Assembly: GCA_033764015.1 (NCBI GenBank)
Contig: JANRJK010000014.1
Span: forward strand, 32,001-96,000
DNA length: 64,000 nt
Source of the DNA: Candidatus Sumerlaeia bacterium
GTDB taxonomy: Bacteria; Sumerlaeota; Sumerlaeia; SLMS01; JANRJK01
Reading direction: 5' to 3'
Shown: positions 40,066-49,047 of the stretch, piece after piece
How positions within the stretch are numbered: the stretch's first letter is position 1
How the letters are laid out: every line of letters starts with the position of its first letter
Notes under the pieces: model-generated
The model's database searches: none
Seen by the model: only the letters and a program-made list of their open reading frames with translations
Told to the model about the DNA's origin: nothing
Program-made: the position numbers and the translations under genes

Positions 40066-42632
40066 GGCTGCGCGCCGCTACCGCCGCGCTCCTCGCCGCC
40101 GCCGCCGCGCAGGCGGGCACCGTGACCCTGCTCTACGACGACACGGGCTCCGCCACGCGCGCGGAGGCGGTGTACCACGTCGCCTCGTGGAACCCGGATA
40201 GCGGCCTTCCCGATCCTGGCTGGAGCGGTTACGCGCGGCGCCCGATGTTCGACGACGGCCAGCACGGCGACGGCGCGGCGGGCGACGGCGTGTGGGGCGC
40301 GCGCGTGGATCTCGCGCCGCAGCCGATGCACACGTTCAAGTGGGCGGTCGATCTCGACGCGGACGCGGCGAATGGCTGGCTGGGGCTCGGCGACGAGTTC
40401 CGCGTGACGGACGGCGCGGCGCGCACCGTGTGGTTCTTCGAGCCGCCGGAGGAGTCGAAGCTGTCGCGCGTCGAGCTGGAAGCGAAGTACGGCCTCGACC
40501 TGTCGGGCGCACGCGCGCCGGTGCCGGTGCGCGGCGGCGAGGCGTTCGCCTTCACCGCCGAGGCGCCGGACGCGGAGATGGTGTTCCTGCCGGGAAGTTT
40601 CAACGCCTTCGCCGACAACAAGGACGGCGCGGTCGTGTCGCCGCGCTTCCGCATGTACCGCATGGACGGCGGCGTGTGGCTGCGGATCCTGCCGCTGGCG
40701 CACGGGACGGTGCGCTACAAGTTCGCCGCGCGCGGCGCGGACGGGCGCTTCCGCTGGTTCCCCGATCCGCACGTTGCCGCGCGCGACGGGGACGAAAACT
40801 CACTGCTGGATCTGCGCGCGCTGATGCCGGAGCGCTACACCTCGGCGGTGCCCGGGCGCGCGTTGGCCGTGGCTGAGGTCCCCGCGCTTCCCGCGTCCTC
40901 CGCGCCCGGGTCGCTGCGCGCGTCGCTCGCGCGCACCTGGGTCCGCCCCGGCGAGCCGCACCGCGTGACGTTCACGCGCACGGACGGCGGCGGCGCGGCG
41001 GAGACACTCCGCCTGCGCTACACGCGCGACCTGCTGCGCTGGGAGGCGGTCGAGCTGCCGCTCGGCGCGGCGCCGGTGGAGTTCACGATCGAGACCGCTC
41101 CCGGCGACGGCCCCGCGCTCCTGGTGGCGACGCTCGGCCCGGCGGACGCCCCGCGGGACCGCGCGCACCTCGCGCTGCCGGTGGCGGAAAACCCCTTCGA
41201 CGACCTGCGCTACGGCTTCTACGCGAACTGGGACCGCGTGGCGGAGGACTACGCGGGCAAGGCGGAGCTCAACGCGCGCCTGCTGCTGAACGCGATGGAG
41301 TACTACGACTACTTCCCCGCGCATGGCGATTACGACCCGTCGGAGGAGGTGTACGAGTTCGAGCCCTTCTACGGGCGCAAGGTGCACGTCGCCGACATCC
41401 GCGGGAAGATCGAGGCGGACCGCGCGCGGGGCATCCTCGCGGTCGCGTACATCGCCGCCTACGCGACGTCGAAGAGCGTTTTCGACGCGCACCCGTTCCC
41501 GATGACGAACGAAGCGGGCGAGAACCTCGTCTTCAACGGACGCGTCCTGCCGGAGCGCGAGGCGGACGGGAAGGGCGAGCGGAAGTGGTTCTGGCTGATG
41601 GCGATCGCGCGCGACTCGCCGTGGCACCCGGCGATCCTCGCGGAGCTGCGCCGCGCGCTGTTGGACGAGCCGGAGGGGCTGCTCGCCTTCGACGGCTTCG
41701 AGATCGACTCCTACGGCCATGCGGAGTCGGAGCGCTACTTCTCCGAGGGCAGCGCGCACCGCGGCAGGCTCCTCGCCGACGTGATCGCCGAGTTCATCGA
41801 GGACGTGTGGCGCATGGCCCACGAGGTGAAGGAGCACGCGGCGGTGTCGTTCAACTGCGTGTGCGAGTTCGGCATGGACCGCATGTACCACATCACGGAC
41901 TTCCTGTTCGTGGAGAACTGGGCGGGCTGCAAGCCGGGCATCGAGGAGACGGTGGACATTTGCCACCGGCACCGCGCGCCTGCGCGGCAGCGGGCGGTGC
42001 TGAAGATCTACCCCGCGGACGCGGGCTACACCGATCCGGCGTACTTCCCGCCGGATCACCTGCGCTTGATGATGGGCATGTGCGTCACCGGGGGCGGCTC
42101 GCTGATGATCGCGGGCGAGCCCGACGAGCGCACCGGCCAAACGCGCGCGCTCAACACGCTCTACTACCCCGACAACGTCGCGCTGCCGGAGGAGAACGTG
42201 CGCATCATCGAGGCGTACAACCGCTTCGACGCGCTGCTCTACGGCTTCAACCACGGGCGGAGCGTGGCGAACCTGCCGCTGGCGTTCTACCTCCCCGGTT
42301 GCGTGGCGCGCGGGTTCGAGAACGAGCGCGGCGACGTCGCGGTGCTGCTGCTGCACCATGGCGAGCAGGCGCTGTGGAGCACGCCGCGCCCGCCGGTGGA
42401 GCCGTTGCGCGCGCGCGAGGTCGCCATCGACGTCCCCGCAGGACGCGAGTTCACGCGCGTCCTGTACCTGTCGCCGGACAGCGAGGCGCTGCAGGCTCCC
42501 GTCGAGCTCGATTTCGAGCGCACGGCGACGCATGTCCGCGCGGTTGTGCCGGAGCTGCACACCACGGGCGCGCTGATCCTAGTCGCCGCGCGCGGCGGCA
42601 ACCCAACCACCGGCGAGGAGCCAACCCCATGA
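40062..42632 (+). CDS. Secreted choice-of-anchor X-like + CBM48-like + GH66-like enzyme (no Trp tail)
   Basis: N-terminal third is paralogous to 39253-40065. Catalytic part shares RYGFY, NAMEYYDYFPAHGDY, FDGFEIDSYG, DFLFVENW, YPAD and LYYPDN with 33708-36176. ATGA coupling. Confidence 0.78.
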   Translation: MRLRAATAALLAAAAAQAGTVTLLYDDTGSATRAEAVYHVASWNPDSGLPDPGWSGYARRPMFDDGQHGDGAAGDGVWGARVDLAPQPMHTFKWAVDLDADAANGWLGLGDEFRVTDGAARTVWFFEPPEESKLSRVELEAKYGLDLSGARAPVPVRGGEAFAFTAEAPDAEMVFLPGSFNAFADNKDGAVVSPRFRMYRMDGGVWLRILPLAHGTVRYKFAARGADGRFRWFPDPHVAARDGDENSLLDLRALMPERYTSAVPGRALAVAEVPALPASSAPGSLRASLARTWVRPGEPHRVTFTRTDGGGAAETLRLRYTRDLLRWEAVELPLGAAPVEFTIETAPGDGPALLVATLGPADAPRDRAHLALPVAENPFDDLRYGFYANWDRVAEDYAGKAELNARLLLNAMEYYDYFPAHGDYDPSEEVYEFEPFYGRKVHVADIRGKIEADRARGILAVAYIAAYATSKSVFDAHPFPMTNEAGENLVFNGRVLPEREADGKGERKWFWLMAIARDSPWHPAILAELRRALLDEPEGLLAFDGFEIDSYGHAESERYFSEGSAHRGRLLADVIAEFIEDVWRMAHEVKEHAAVSFNCVCEFGMDRMYHITDFLFVENWAGCKPGIEETVDICHRHRAPARQRAVLKIYPADAGYTDPAYFPPDHLRLMMGMCVTGGGSLMIAGEPDERTGQTRALNTLYYPDNVALPEENVRIIEAYNRFDALLYGFNHGRSVANLPLAFYLPGCVARGFENERGDVAVLLLHHGEQALWSTPRPPVEPLRAREVAIDVPAGREFTRVLYLSPDSEALQAPVELDFERTATHVRAVVPELHTTGALILVAARGGNPTTGEEPTP

Positions 42633-44884
42633 GACGTAACCCGATTCGGCAGACGATCCTCGCGGCGGTGGCGGCGGGCGCGCTTCCCGCGCTCGCGGCG
42701 GCGCAGGGCACCGCGTCGCTCACCCCTGCGTTCCCGCCGCGCGGCACGACGGCGACGGTGACGTACAATGCCACGGGCGGGCCGCTCGCCGCGGCTCCGG
42801 CGGTGACGATGACGGTGGGCTTCAACGGGTTCCAGAACGCCGTGGATGTTCCGCTGACCGGCGCGGCGCCGAACTGGAGCGGGACGTTCTCCGTCCCCGC
42901 GAACGCGACCGGTATCGACGTGGTGTTCAAGAACCCGGCGGGCTCGATCTTCGACAACAACGGCGGCTTCGGCCGCGACTGGCACTTCGTTGCGGCGGAG
43001 GCGCTGGGCTTCAATCCGGGCGCGGAGAAGGTTCCCGCCGGCGTGGGCGGCGGCTACCTGTTCCGCGTGTGGGCGCCGGACGTGGCCTCCATGTCCGTGG
43101 TTGGCGAGTTCAACAGCTTCATCACGGACCGCGACCTGATGGTGCTCGATCCAGCGACCGGCGTGTGGAGCGCGCACATCGCGTCCGCGGCCGCTGGGCA
43201 GGAGTACAAGTTCCTGATCGACGGCACGGAGTACCGGCGCGACCCGCGCGGGAGGCAAGTGCGCGGCGGCTTCGACAACTCCGTGATCGTGGACCCGTCG
43301 GCGTTCACGTTCACCGCGCCGCGCGCGGGCACGGCGGACAGCTTCCGCGACTGGGTGGTCTACGAGATGCACGTGGGCTCGCTCGACTCCGCGGGAGGCC
43401 GGTTCACCGACCTGGTGCCCGGGCGGCTGGACTACCTCGAAGCGCTCGGCGTCAACGCCGTGCACCTGATGCCGGTGAACGAGTTCCCCGGCAGCTTCTC
43501 GGGCGGCTACAATCCGACCGAGCTGTTCGCGATCGAACGGGCCTATGGGACGCCGGACGAGTTCCGCGCCTTCGTCGAGGCGTGCCATGCGCGCGGCATC
43601 GCGGTGATCGTCGACGTCGTGCACAACCACTACGGACCGGGCGGCCTCGACCTGTACGACTTCCAGGACCTGAACCGCAACTCGCTGCGCGACGCGCCGG
43701 GGATCTACTTCTACGATTCGCCGCCCGAGCTGGCGGAGACGCCCTTCGGCCCGCGCCCCGACTACAGCGAGCCGCAGGTGCGCGACTTCATCGCCGACTC
43801 GGTCCGCATGTTCCTCGACGAGTACAACGTCGACGGCTTCCGCTGGGACTTCACCAAGGCGATCCGCGGCACGGTGGATGGCTCGTTCAACATCACCGCG
43901 GACCTGGCGGACGGCGTGTCGCTGCTGCAGGACATCCATGCGAACATCTTCGGCCCGAACCCGGACCTGTTCTCGACGGCGGAGGACCTCGCGGGCGATG
44001 CGCGCCTGACGAATCCGGTCCTCGCGGTGAGCGGCAACCCGAACGACGGCTTCGGCTTCGACTCGCAGTGGGACGGCGGCTTCCTGTTCTTCCTAAACAA
44101 CCAGCTCAGGCAGGCGAACGACGCGCTGATCGATATGAACGCCGTGGCGATCGCGGCCAGCGGCTCCTTCCAGCGCATGCACTACGTCGAGTCGCACGAC
44201 GAAGTGTGGGCGATCAACGGCACGGGCAAGGACCGGATGCCGTACCGGATCGACCCGGCGGACCCGGAGAGCCTGCGCGCGCGCAAGATGTCCGCCCTCG
44301 GCGCCTGCCTCCTGTTCACCACGGAGGGGATCCCGATGCTCTTCATGGGGAGCGAAATCCTCGAGAGCGGCGGCGCGGACGGCTCCTGGGATGTGGACGA
44401 GCCGATCGACTTCTCCCGGCTTTCCGACCCCGACATCTCCGGCTTCCGCGACCTGTACTCGGCGCTGATCCACCTGCGCCGCAACCTCGACGGGCTCTCC
44501 GCCGGGCTCCTTGGCGATAGCACGAACGTCTTCCACGTGAACGACACGTCGAAGGTGATCGCCTACGCGCGCTCGAACGGCGGGACGAACCCCGGCGACA
44601 CGGTCGTGGTGCTGGCGAACTTTTCGAACACGTCGTTCGCGGGCGGGTACGACATCGGCCTGCCGGAGGGCGGCACCTGGTACGAAGTGCTGAACAGCGA
44701 CGACGCGGCGTTCGGCACGGATTTCGGCGGGGTGGGTGCGGGCCAGGCCGTCGCCGCCAGCGGCGGCGCGCTGCACGGCTTCGGCCAAAGCGGCACCGTC
44801 GGCATCGCCCCCCGCAGCTTCGTCGTACTCTCACGCGCGAACCCGGCGAGCGCCGGCGTCGGCGACTGGAGGATCTTCGAGTGA
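42629..44884 (+). CDS. Secreted GH13 alpha-amylase-family enzyme (starch-binding N-module + CBM48 + TreZ/GlgB-like catalytic domain) with AGVGDWRIFE tail
   Basis: FRVWAP, YEMHVGS, LMPVNEF, DVVHNH, DGFRWD, AED, YVESHDE, GIPMLFMG; N-module VTYN..GFNGF..DNNGG.DW. Confidence 0.9.
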   Translation: MRRNPIRQTILAAVAAGALPALAAAQGTASLTPAFPPRGTTATVTYNATGGPLAAAPAVTMTVGFNGFQNAVDVPLTGAAPNWSGTFSVPANATGIDVVFKNPAGSIFDNNGGFGRDWHFVAAEALGFNPGAEKVPAGVGGGYLFRVWAPDVASMSVVGEFNSFITDRDLMVLDPATGVWSAHIASAAAGQEYKFLIDGTEYRRDPRGRQVRGGFDNSVIVDPSAFTFTAPRAGTADSFRDWVVYEMHVGSLDSAGGRFTDLVPGRLDYLEALGVNAVHLMPVNEFPGSFSGGYNPTELFAIERAYGTPDEFRAFVEACHARGIAVIVDVVHNHYGPGGLDLYDFQDLNRNSLRDAPGIYFYDSPPELAETPFGPRPDYSEPQVRDFIADSVRMFLDEYNVDGFRWDFTKAIRGTVDGSFNITADLADGVSLLQDIHANIFGPNPDLFSTAEDLAGDARLTNPVLAVSGNPNDGFGFDSQWDGGFLFFLNNQLRQANDALIDMNAVAIAASGSFQRMHYVESHDEVWAINGTGKDRMPYRIDPADPESLRARKMSALGACLLFTTEGIPMLFMGSEILESGGADGSWDVDEPIDFSRLSDPDISGFRDLYSALIHLRRNLDGLSAGLLGDSTNVFHVNDTSKVIAYARSNGGTNPGDTVVVLANFSNTSFAGGYDIGLPEGGTWYEVLNSDDAAFGTDFGGVGAGQAVAASGGALHGFGQSGTVGIAPRSFVVLSRANPASAGVGDWRIFE

Positions 44885-45720
44885 GCCCCCGCATGCTGTT
44901 CCACGCCGCGATGGCCGCCGCCTCGCTGCTGATCGCATCCGCCCGCGCCGAGGACATGGACGGCGCAGCGCTGAACATCCCCTACCGCGAAGCGTCCGAC
45001 GCAACGCTCGACGACTACGCGCGCGAGCGCTGCGTGCTCGACCTGCACCTGCCGGAAGGCGTCGAGCGCTTCCCCACGGTGGTGTGGTTCCACGGCGGCG
45101 GAATCAAGGGGGGCGAGAAGCACTTCCCCGAGGAGCTGCGCGGCGCGGGCATCGCCGTCGCCGCGGTGAACTACCGCCTCTCGCCGCGGGCGAAGGTCGA
45201 GGACGCCATCGACGACGCCGCCGCGGCGACGGCGTGGGTGCTCCGCGAGATCGAATCGCGCGGCGGCGACCCGGAGCGAGTGTTCGTCTCGGGACACTCC
45301 GCCGGCGGGTACCTGGCGATGATGGTGGGGCTGGACAAGTCGCGGCTCCCGAAGCACGGCGCGCAGCCGGCGCAACTCGCGGGCATCGTCCCGTTCAGCG
45401 GGCACACGATCACGCACTTCACGATCCGCGAGGAGCGCGGCATCCCCGACACGCGCCCCGTGGTGGACGAGTACGCGCCGCTCTACCACGTCGCGGCGGA
45501 CGCGCCGCCGCTGCTGCTGGTCACCGGCGACCGCGAGATGGAGCTGCTGGGGCGGTACGAGGAGAACGCCTACATGGCCCGGATGATGAAGGTCGCGGGC
45601 CACACGCGGACCGAGCTGCGCGAGCTGCAGGGCTTCGACCACGGCGGCATGGCCAAGCCGGCGCATGAGCTGCTGAAGGCGTTCGTCCGCCGCGTCGGCG
45701 GGGAGGAGCGCCCGGAGTAG
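44881..45720 (+). CDS. Exported alpha/beta hydrolase (HSL-like esterase)
   Basis: LDLHLP, WFHGGG, NYRLSP, GHSAGG, C-terminal DH; GTGA overlap with the GH13 stop. Confidence 0.88.
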   Translation: MSPRMLFHAAMAAASLLIASARAEDMDGAALNIPYREASDATLDDYARERCVLDLHLPEGVERFPTVVWFHGGGIKGGEKHFPEELRGAGIAVAAVNYRLSPRAKVEDAIDDAAAATAWVLREIESRGGDPERVFVSGHSAGGYLAMMVGLDKSRLPKHGAQPAQLAGIVPFSGHTITHFTIREERGIPDTRPVVDEYAPLYHVAADAPPLLLVTGDREMELLGRYEENAYMARMMKVAGHTRTELRELQGFDHGGMAKPAHELLKAFVRRVGGEERPE

Positions 45721-45734
45721 CGGCGATTCGCCGC

Positions 45735-46445
45735 TCACCGCCCTCCGAACACGTGGCGGTAGGCAAGCCGCGCGGTGAAGATGTTCAGGAAGAAGTGGAA
45801 CGCCATCGCGGGCCAGAGCGCGCCCGCGCCGAGGTAGAGCAGGCAGAGCGCGAGGCCCATGGCGGCGGTCTTCGCGATGCCGGCGGGGCCCTGGTAGCCG
45901 TGGCAGGCGCCGAAGAGCGCGGCGGCCAGCGGCGCGGCGGCCCACCACGGCAGCACCGCCCCGAGGTACCAGAGGAGGAAGCCGCGGAAGACGATCTCCT
46001 CGGCTACGGCCGCCATGGCGGAGAGCGCGGCGAAGAGGACGAACTCGCGCGGGGTGCGCGGGAGGATCAGCTCGAGCCCGCCGCGGAGCGAATCGGCGAG
46101 CTCGCGGTCGAGCCAGGAGCGGACGCGCGCGGAGCGCGCCGCGGCGGCGGGGACCGCGAGCAGCGCGAGCGCCGTGGTGGCGGTGGATGCGGAGGCGAGC
46201 GCCCACGCGGGGCCGTCGCCGGCGCCCAGCCCCAGCGAGGCGAAGGGCCGCCCCGCCCAGGCCCACCAGCCGAGCAGCGCCGCGAGCGCCGCGGCCATCG
46301 CGCCGATGGTGGCGAGGTACGTCCCCGTCCGGCTGACCGGCTCCGCGTCCGCCGTGGCTGCGGGCGCCGCGTTCATGCGCCAGACGGAGTAGACCGGGAA
46401 GGCGCCGGCGGCGAGGAGGAACAGCAGGTGGTCGGGCAGGTGCAT
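45735..46445 (-). CDS. CPBP (CAAX/Abi) intramembrane glutamic endopeptidase
   Basis: AEEIVFRGF, FGACHGY and HFFLN motifs; multiple TM. Confidence 0.92.
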   Translation of the reverse strand: MHLPDHLLFLLAAGAFPVYSVWRMNAAPAATADAEPVSRTGTYLATIGAMAAALAALLGWWAWAGRPFASLGLGAGDGPAWALASASTATTALALLAVPAAAARSARVRSWLDRELADSLRGGLELILPRTPREFVLFAALSAMAAVAEEIVFRGFLLWYLGAVLPWWAAAPLAAALFGACHGYQGPAGIAKTAAMGLALCLLYLGAGALWPAMAFHFFLNIFTARLAYRHVFGGR

Positions 46446-46512
46446 AGTTGGGCGCGGCCACGGTGAACTCGCCCGTTGGCCCGGCGCAAGGAAGGCGCGG
46501 ATCGTGCCCGCC

Positions 46513-48228
46513 ATGAGCGACGCCGCCCCGCCCCCGGAGTCCGACCGGCGCACCCTCGACGCGTGGGCGCTCGCCGCCGCGCTCGGGTCGATCCTGCTGC
46601 AGGGGCACCGCTTCGGCCAAGGCAACCACGAGATTTTCCTCCCGGCCATGCGCCGCGTCCTGGACGCCTCGCACCTCGCGGGCGACTGGGTGCTGGCGAC
46701 GCCGCCGGGGCATCCGCTGACGACCTATCCGCTGGCGTGGCTTTCGGTGCCGCTGGGCGAGTCGTGGACGATGCTGTTGGCGCAGTTGGCGACTAGGTTC
46801 CTGTTGTTCGCGGGACTTTGGCGGTTCGGGCGCGCGCTGCTGCCGGAGCTGCCTCGGTTCGGCTGCCTCGTGATGATGCTGGTGGTGGTGTTCGAGCCGC
46901 GGATGCGGATCGGCGGCCACTACCTGCAGGGCCCCGCCTGGGAGTCCGCGCACCTCGGGATGGCGGCGGCGCTGTGGATGTCGGCGGCGGGGGCGCGATG
47001 GGTCGCGGAACCCGCCTCGCGAGCCGCCGCGCTTCGCTTCGGCGCGCTGGCGGGGCTGGCGCTTTGCGCGCACCTGTTCATCGGGCTGCCGCTGGCGGGG
47101 GTCGTGTTCGGGGCGGCGCTGTTGGCGCGCGCGCCGCTGACGGCGTTGGCGTCGACGGGGGGAACGATGCTGGCGCTGGGCGCGCCCGCGTGGGTGCCCG
47201 CCGCGCAGGGGTTCCTCGCGGACGGATCGGCGGGGTTGTCGGCGGCGGAGACCATCGCGCTGCTCCAGTGGCGCCATCCGCACCACCACATGCCGTGGAC
47301 ATGGCGCGTGGTGGATTGGCTCCAGTTCGCCCTCGTGTTCGGGGCGGTGGCTTGGATGTCGGCTCGGCTGGGCGCGCGGGCGCTGCTGCCACGCGTGTTC
47401 CTTGCTTACTACGTGGTCGCGGGCTTGGTCTTCGTTGCGTGCGGGTGGTGGCTGGTGGCGCCGGTGGTGGCGTACTTCCAGAGCTTCCGCGCGGCGGGGA
47501 TCGTGTGGGTGCTGCTGGCGGCGCTGTTCGCGGACGCGGCGTGCCGCGCGGAGGGGTGGCGGTGGATCGCGTACCTCGTCCTCGCCATGCTGGGCCGCAC
47601 CGCACCCGGGCTCGCCGCCACGCTCCCGGTGACCGCGAGCCCGCGCGCGCTTCGAGCCGACCTGCCGGATCCGGGCGCACGCTGGGCGCTGGCGGTGGCA
47701 GGGTGCGGGGCCGCGCTGGTGGTCGCGCTCCAGACCGTCGCGCCGCTGCGGAACGCTCTCAACGAACTACGTTCCGACTACTGGCGCGTGGACCACACGG
47801 ACCGCGACGACGCGCGGGAGGAGCTCAACCGCTGGTTCCGCGAGCGCACGCCGACGGACGCGCTCGTCGTGATCCCGCCGGACCTGCCCGCGTTCCGCGT
47901 GGCCGCGCGCCGGGCGGTCTTCCTCGACATCAAGCACTTCCCCTACCGCGCGGCGGACCTCGCGGAGTGGTCGCGCCGCTACCGCCTGCTGACGGGCGAG
48001 GCGTCGCCGCTGGCGCGGAACTGGGAGCCGCAGGGCGCGCGCCCCCTCGCGATCCCCGACGGACCGCCCCCGGAGGTCGCCGCCGACTACTGGGTGTTCC
48101 GCCGCTCCGGGGAGCTCGACGCGCGGTGGGGAACGCTCGCGCCGGAGGGGCGCTGGCGCGAGGCGTTCCGCAACCGCGCCTACCTCGTCCTTGAACCGGT
48201 CACGGCGGCAGCACATTCATCGAGGTGA
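46513..48228 (+). CDS. Multi-pass membrane protein, DUF6798-like (possible GT-C fold)
   Basis: LD..HLAGDW, RHPHH, TP.DA...IPP..FR..ARRA.F.D.KHFP..L.EW..R. Confidence 0.6.
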   Translation: MSDAAPPPESDRRTLDAWALAAALGSILLQGHRFGQGNHEIFLPAMRRVLDASHLAGDWVLATPPGHPLTTYPLAWLSVPLGESWTMLLAQLATRFLLFAGLWRFGRALLPELPRFGCLVMMLVVVFEPRMRIGGHYLQGPAWESAHLGMAAALWMSAAGARWVAEPASRAAALRFGALAGLALCAHLFIGLPLAGVVFGAALLARAPLTALASTGGTMLALGAPAWVPAAQGFLADGSAGLSAAETIALLQWRHPHHHMPWTWRVVDWLQFALVFGAVAWMSARLGARALLPRVFLAYYVVAGLVFVACGWWLVAPVVAYFQSFRAAGIVWVLLAALFADAACRAEGWRWIAYLVLAMLGRTAPGLAATLPVTASPRALRADLPDPGARWALAVAGCGAALVVALQTVAPLRNALNELRSDYWRVDHTDRDDAREELNRWFRERTPTDALVVIPPDLPAFRVAARRAVFLDIKHFPYRAADLAEWSRRYRLLTGEASPLARNWEPQGARPLAIPDGPPPEVAADYWVFRRSGELDARWGTLAPEGRWREAFRNRAYLVLEPVTAAAHSSR

Positions 48229-48865
48229 CGGAGAACGCCGCGCGGCGCAGCTCGTTGATGCTCTCCACCGCGATCGCCGCGACGCGGTTCACCTCGAGGT
48301 GCGCGAAGCGGTGCTCGATGCGTTCGGCGTCGTACTCCTCGAGGAAGAGGCGCAGCAGGTCGACCGCCCCGGCGAGGGAGACCAGCGCCCCCATGCGCGG
48401 CGACACCGCTCCGCCGTCCGCCAGCACGCGGATCTCCGCGTGGAGCTGCTTCTCCGGCGTGGAGTCGTGCAGCGGATAGGTGGTCCGGTGGAAGAGGAAC
48501 AGGAACCGGTCCTCGTGGCGCTCCAGGACGTCCTTGGCGACCAGTTCCTCGGAGAGGTCGTGAAGCAGGTTCGGCGTGGTGGCGACGTGCGAGATCCACG
48601 CGCGGAGCGGGAGCGGCTCGCCGCCGAGCAGCATCCGGTGGACGGCGCCGAGAACCCCCGCGGGAGGCTCGCCGGCGGCCTCGCGTCCGCGCGCGCGGCC
48701 ATCGGGCCCGATGTCGAGGAGGCCCCGCAGGTCGAGCTCGGCGAGGAGCGCGCCCGCGAGCGCGTCGTCGAAGTAGGGAAAGCACCGCCAGGCGAGCGTG
48801 CCCTTGCGGTCCTCGAGGCCGAGCAGCACGAGCTGCTCGGGGAGCGTGAGGTCTTGCGCGTTCAT
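48200..48865 (-). CDS. GOLPH3/Vps74 (GPP34) family protein
   Basis: LTLPEQLVLLGL.D..G; ALAGALLAEL.L.G; L..LV...VL......LFLF....YP. Confidence 0.8.
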   Translation of the reverse strand: MNAQDLTLPEQLVLLGLEDRKGTLAWRCFPYFDDALAGALLAELDLRGLLDIGPDGRARGREAAGEPPAGVLGAVHRMLLGGEPLPLRAWISHVATTPNLLHDLSEELVAKDVLERHEDRFLFLFHRTTYPLHDSTPEKQLHAEIRVLADGGAVSPRMGALVSLAGAVDLLRLFLEEYDAERIEHRFAHLEVNRVAAIAVESINELRRAAFSVTSMNVLPP

Positions 48866-49047
48866 GGTCCTGCCTCCTTTCCAACCGCTTGCAGGATACC
48901 ACCGGGGAGCCATGCCAACAAGAACAATCGGACCGGCGGCGCGGCCCCTTCCGCGGGATTACTGTTGGCGTCGGCGGCGCGCCCGGGCACGCTCACAGGC
49001 TCGCGGGGCATGGACAAGCGCTCCACCCCGCGCCGGGACACCAGGCG

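Noticed and set aside
45735..46445. CPBP protease as the processing enzyme for the Trp C-terminal tail
   Set aside because: Known CPBP-type sortases act on tails that have a TM helix, which this motif lacks. The gene is convergent and outside the operon, so adjacency alone is insufficient.
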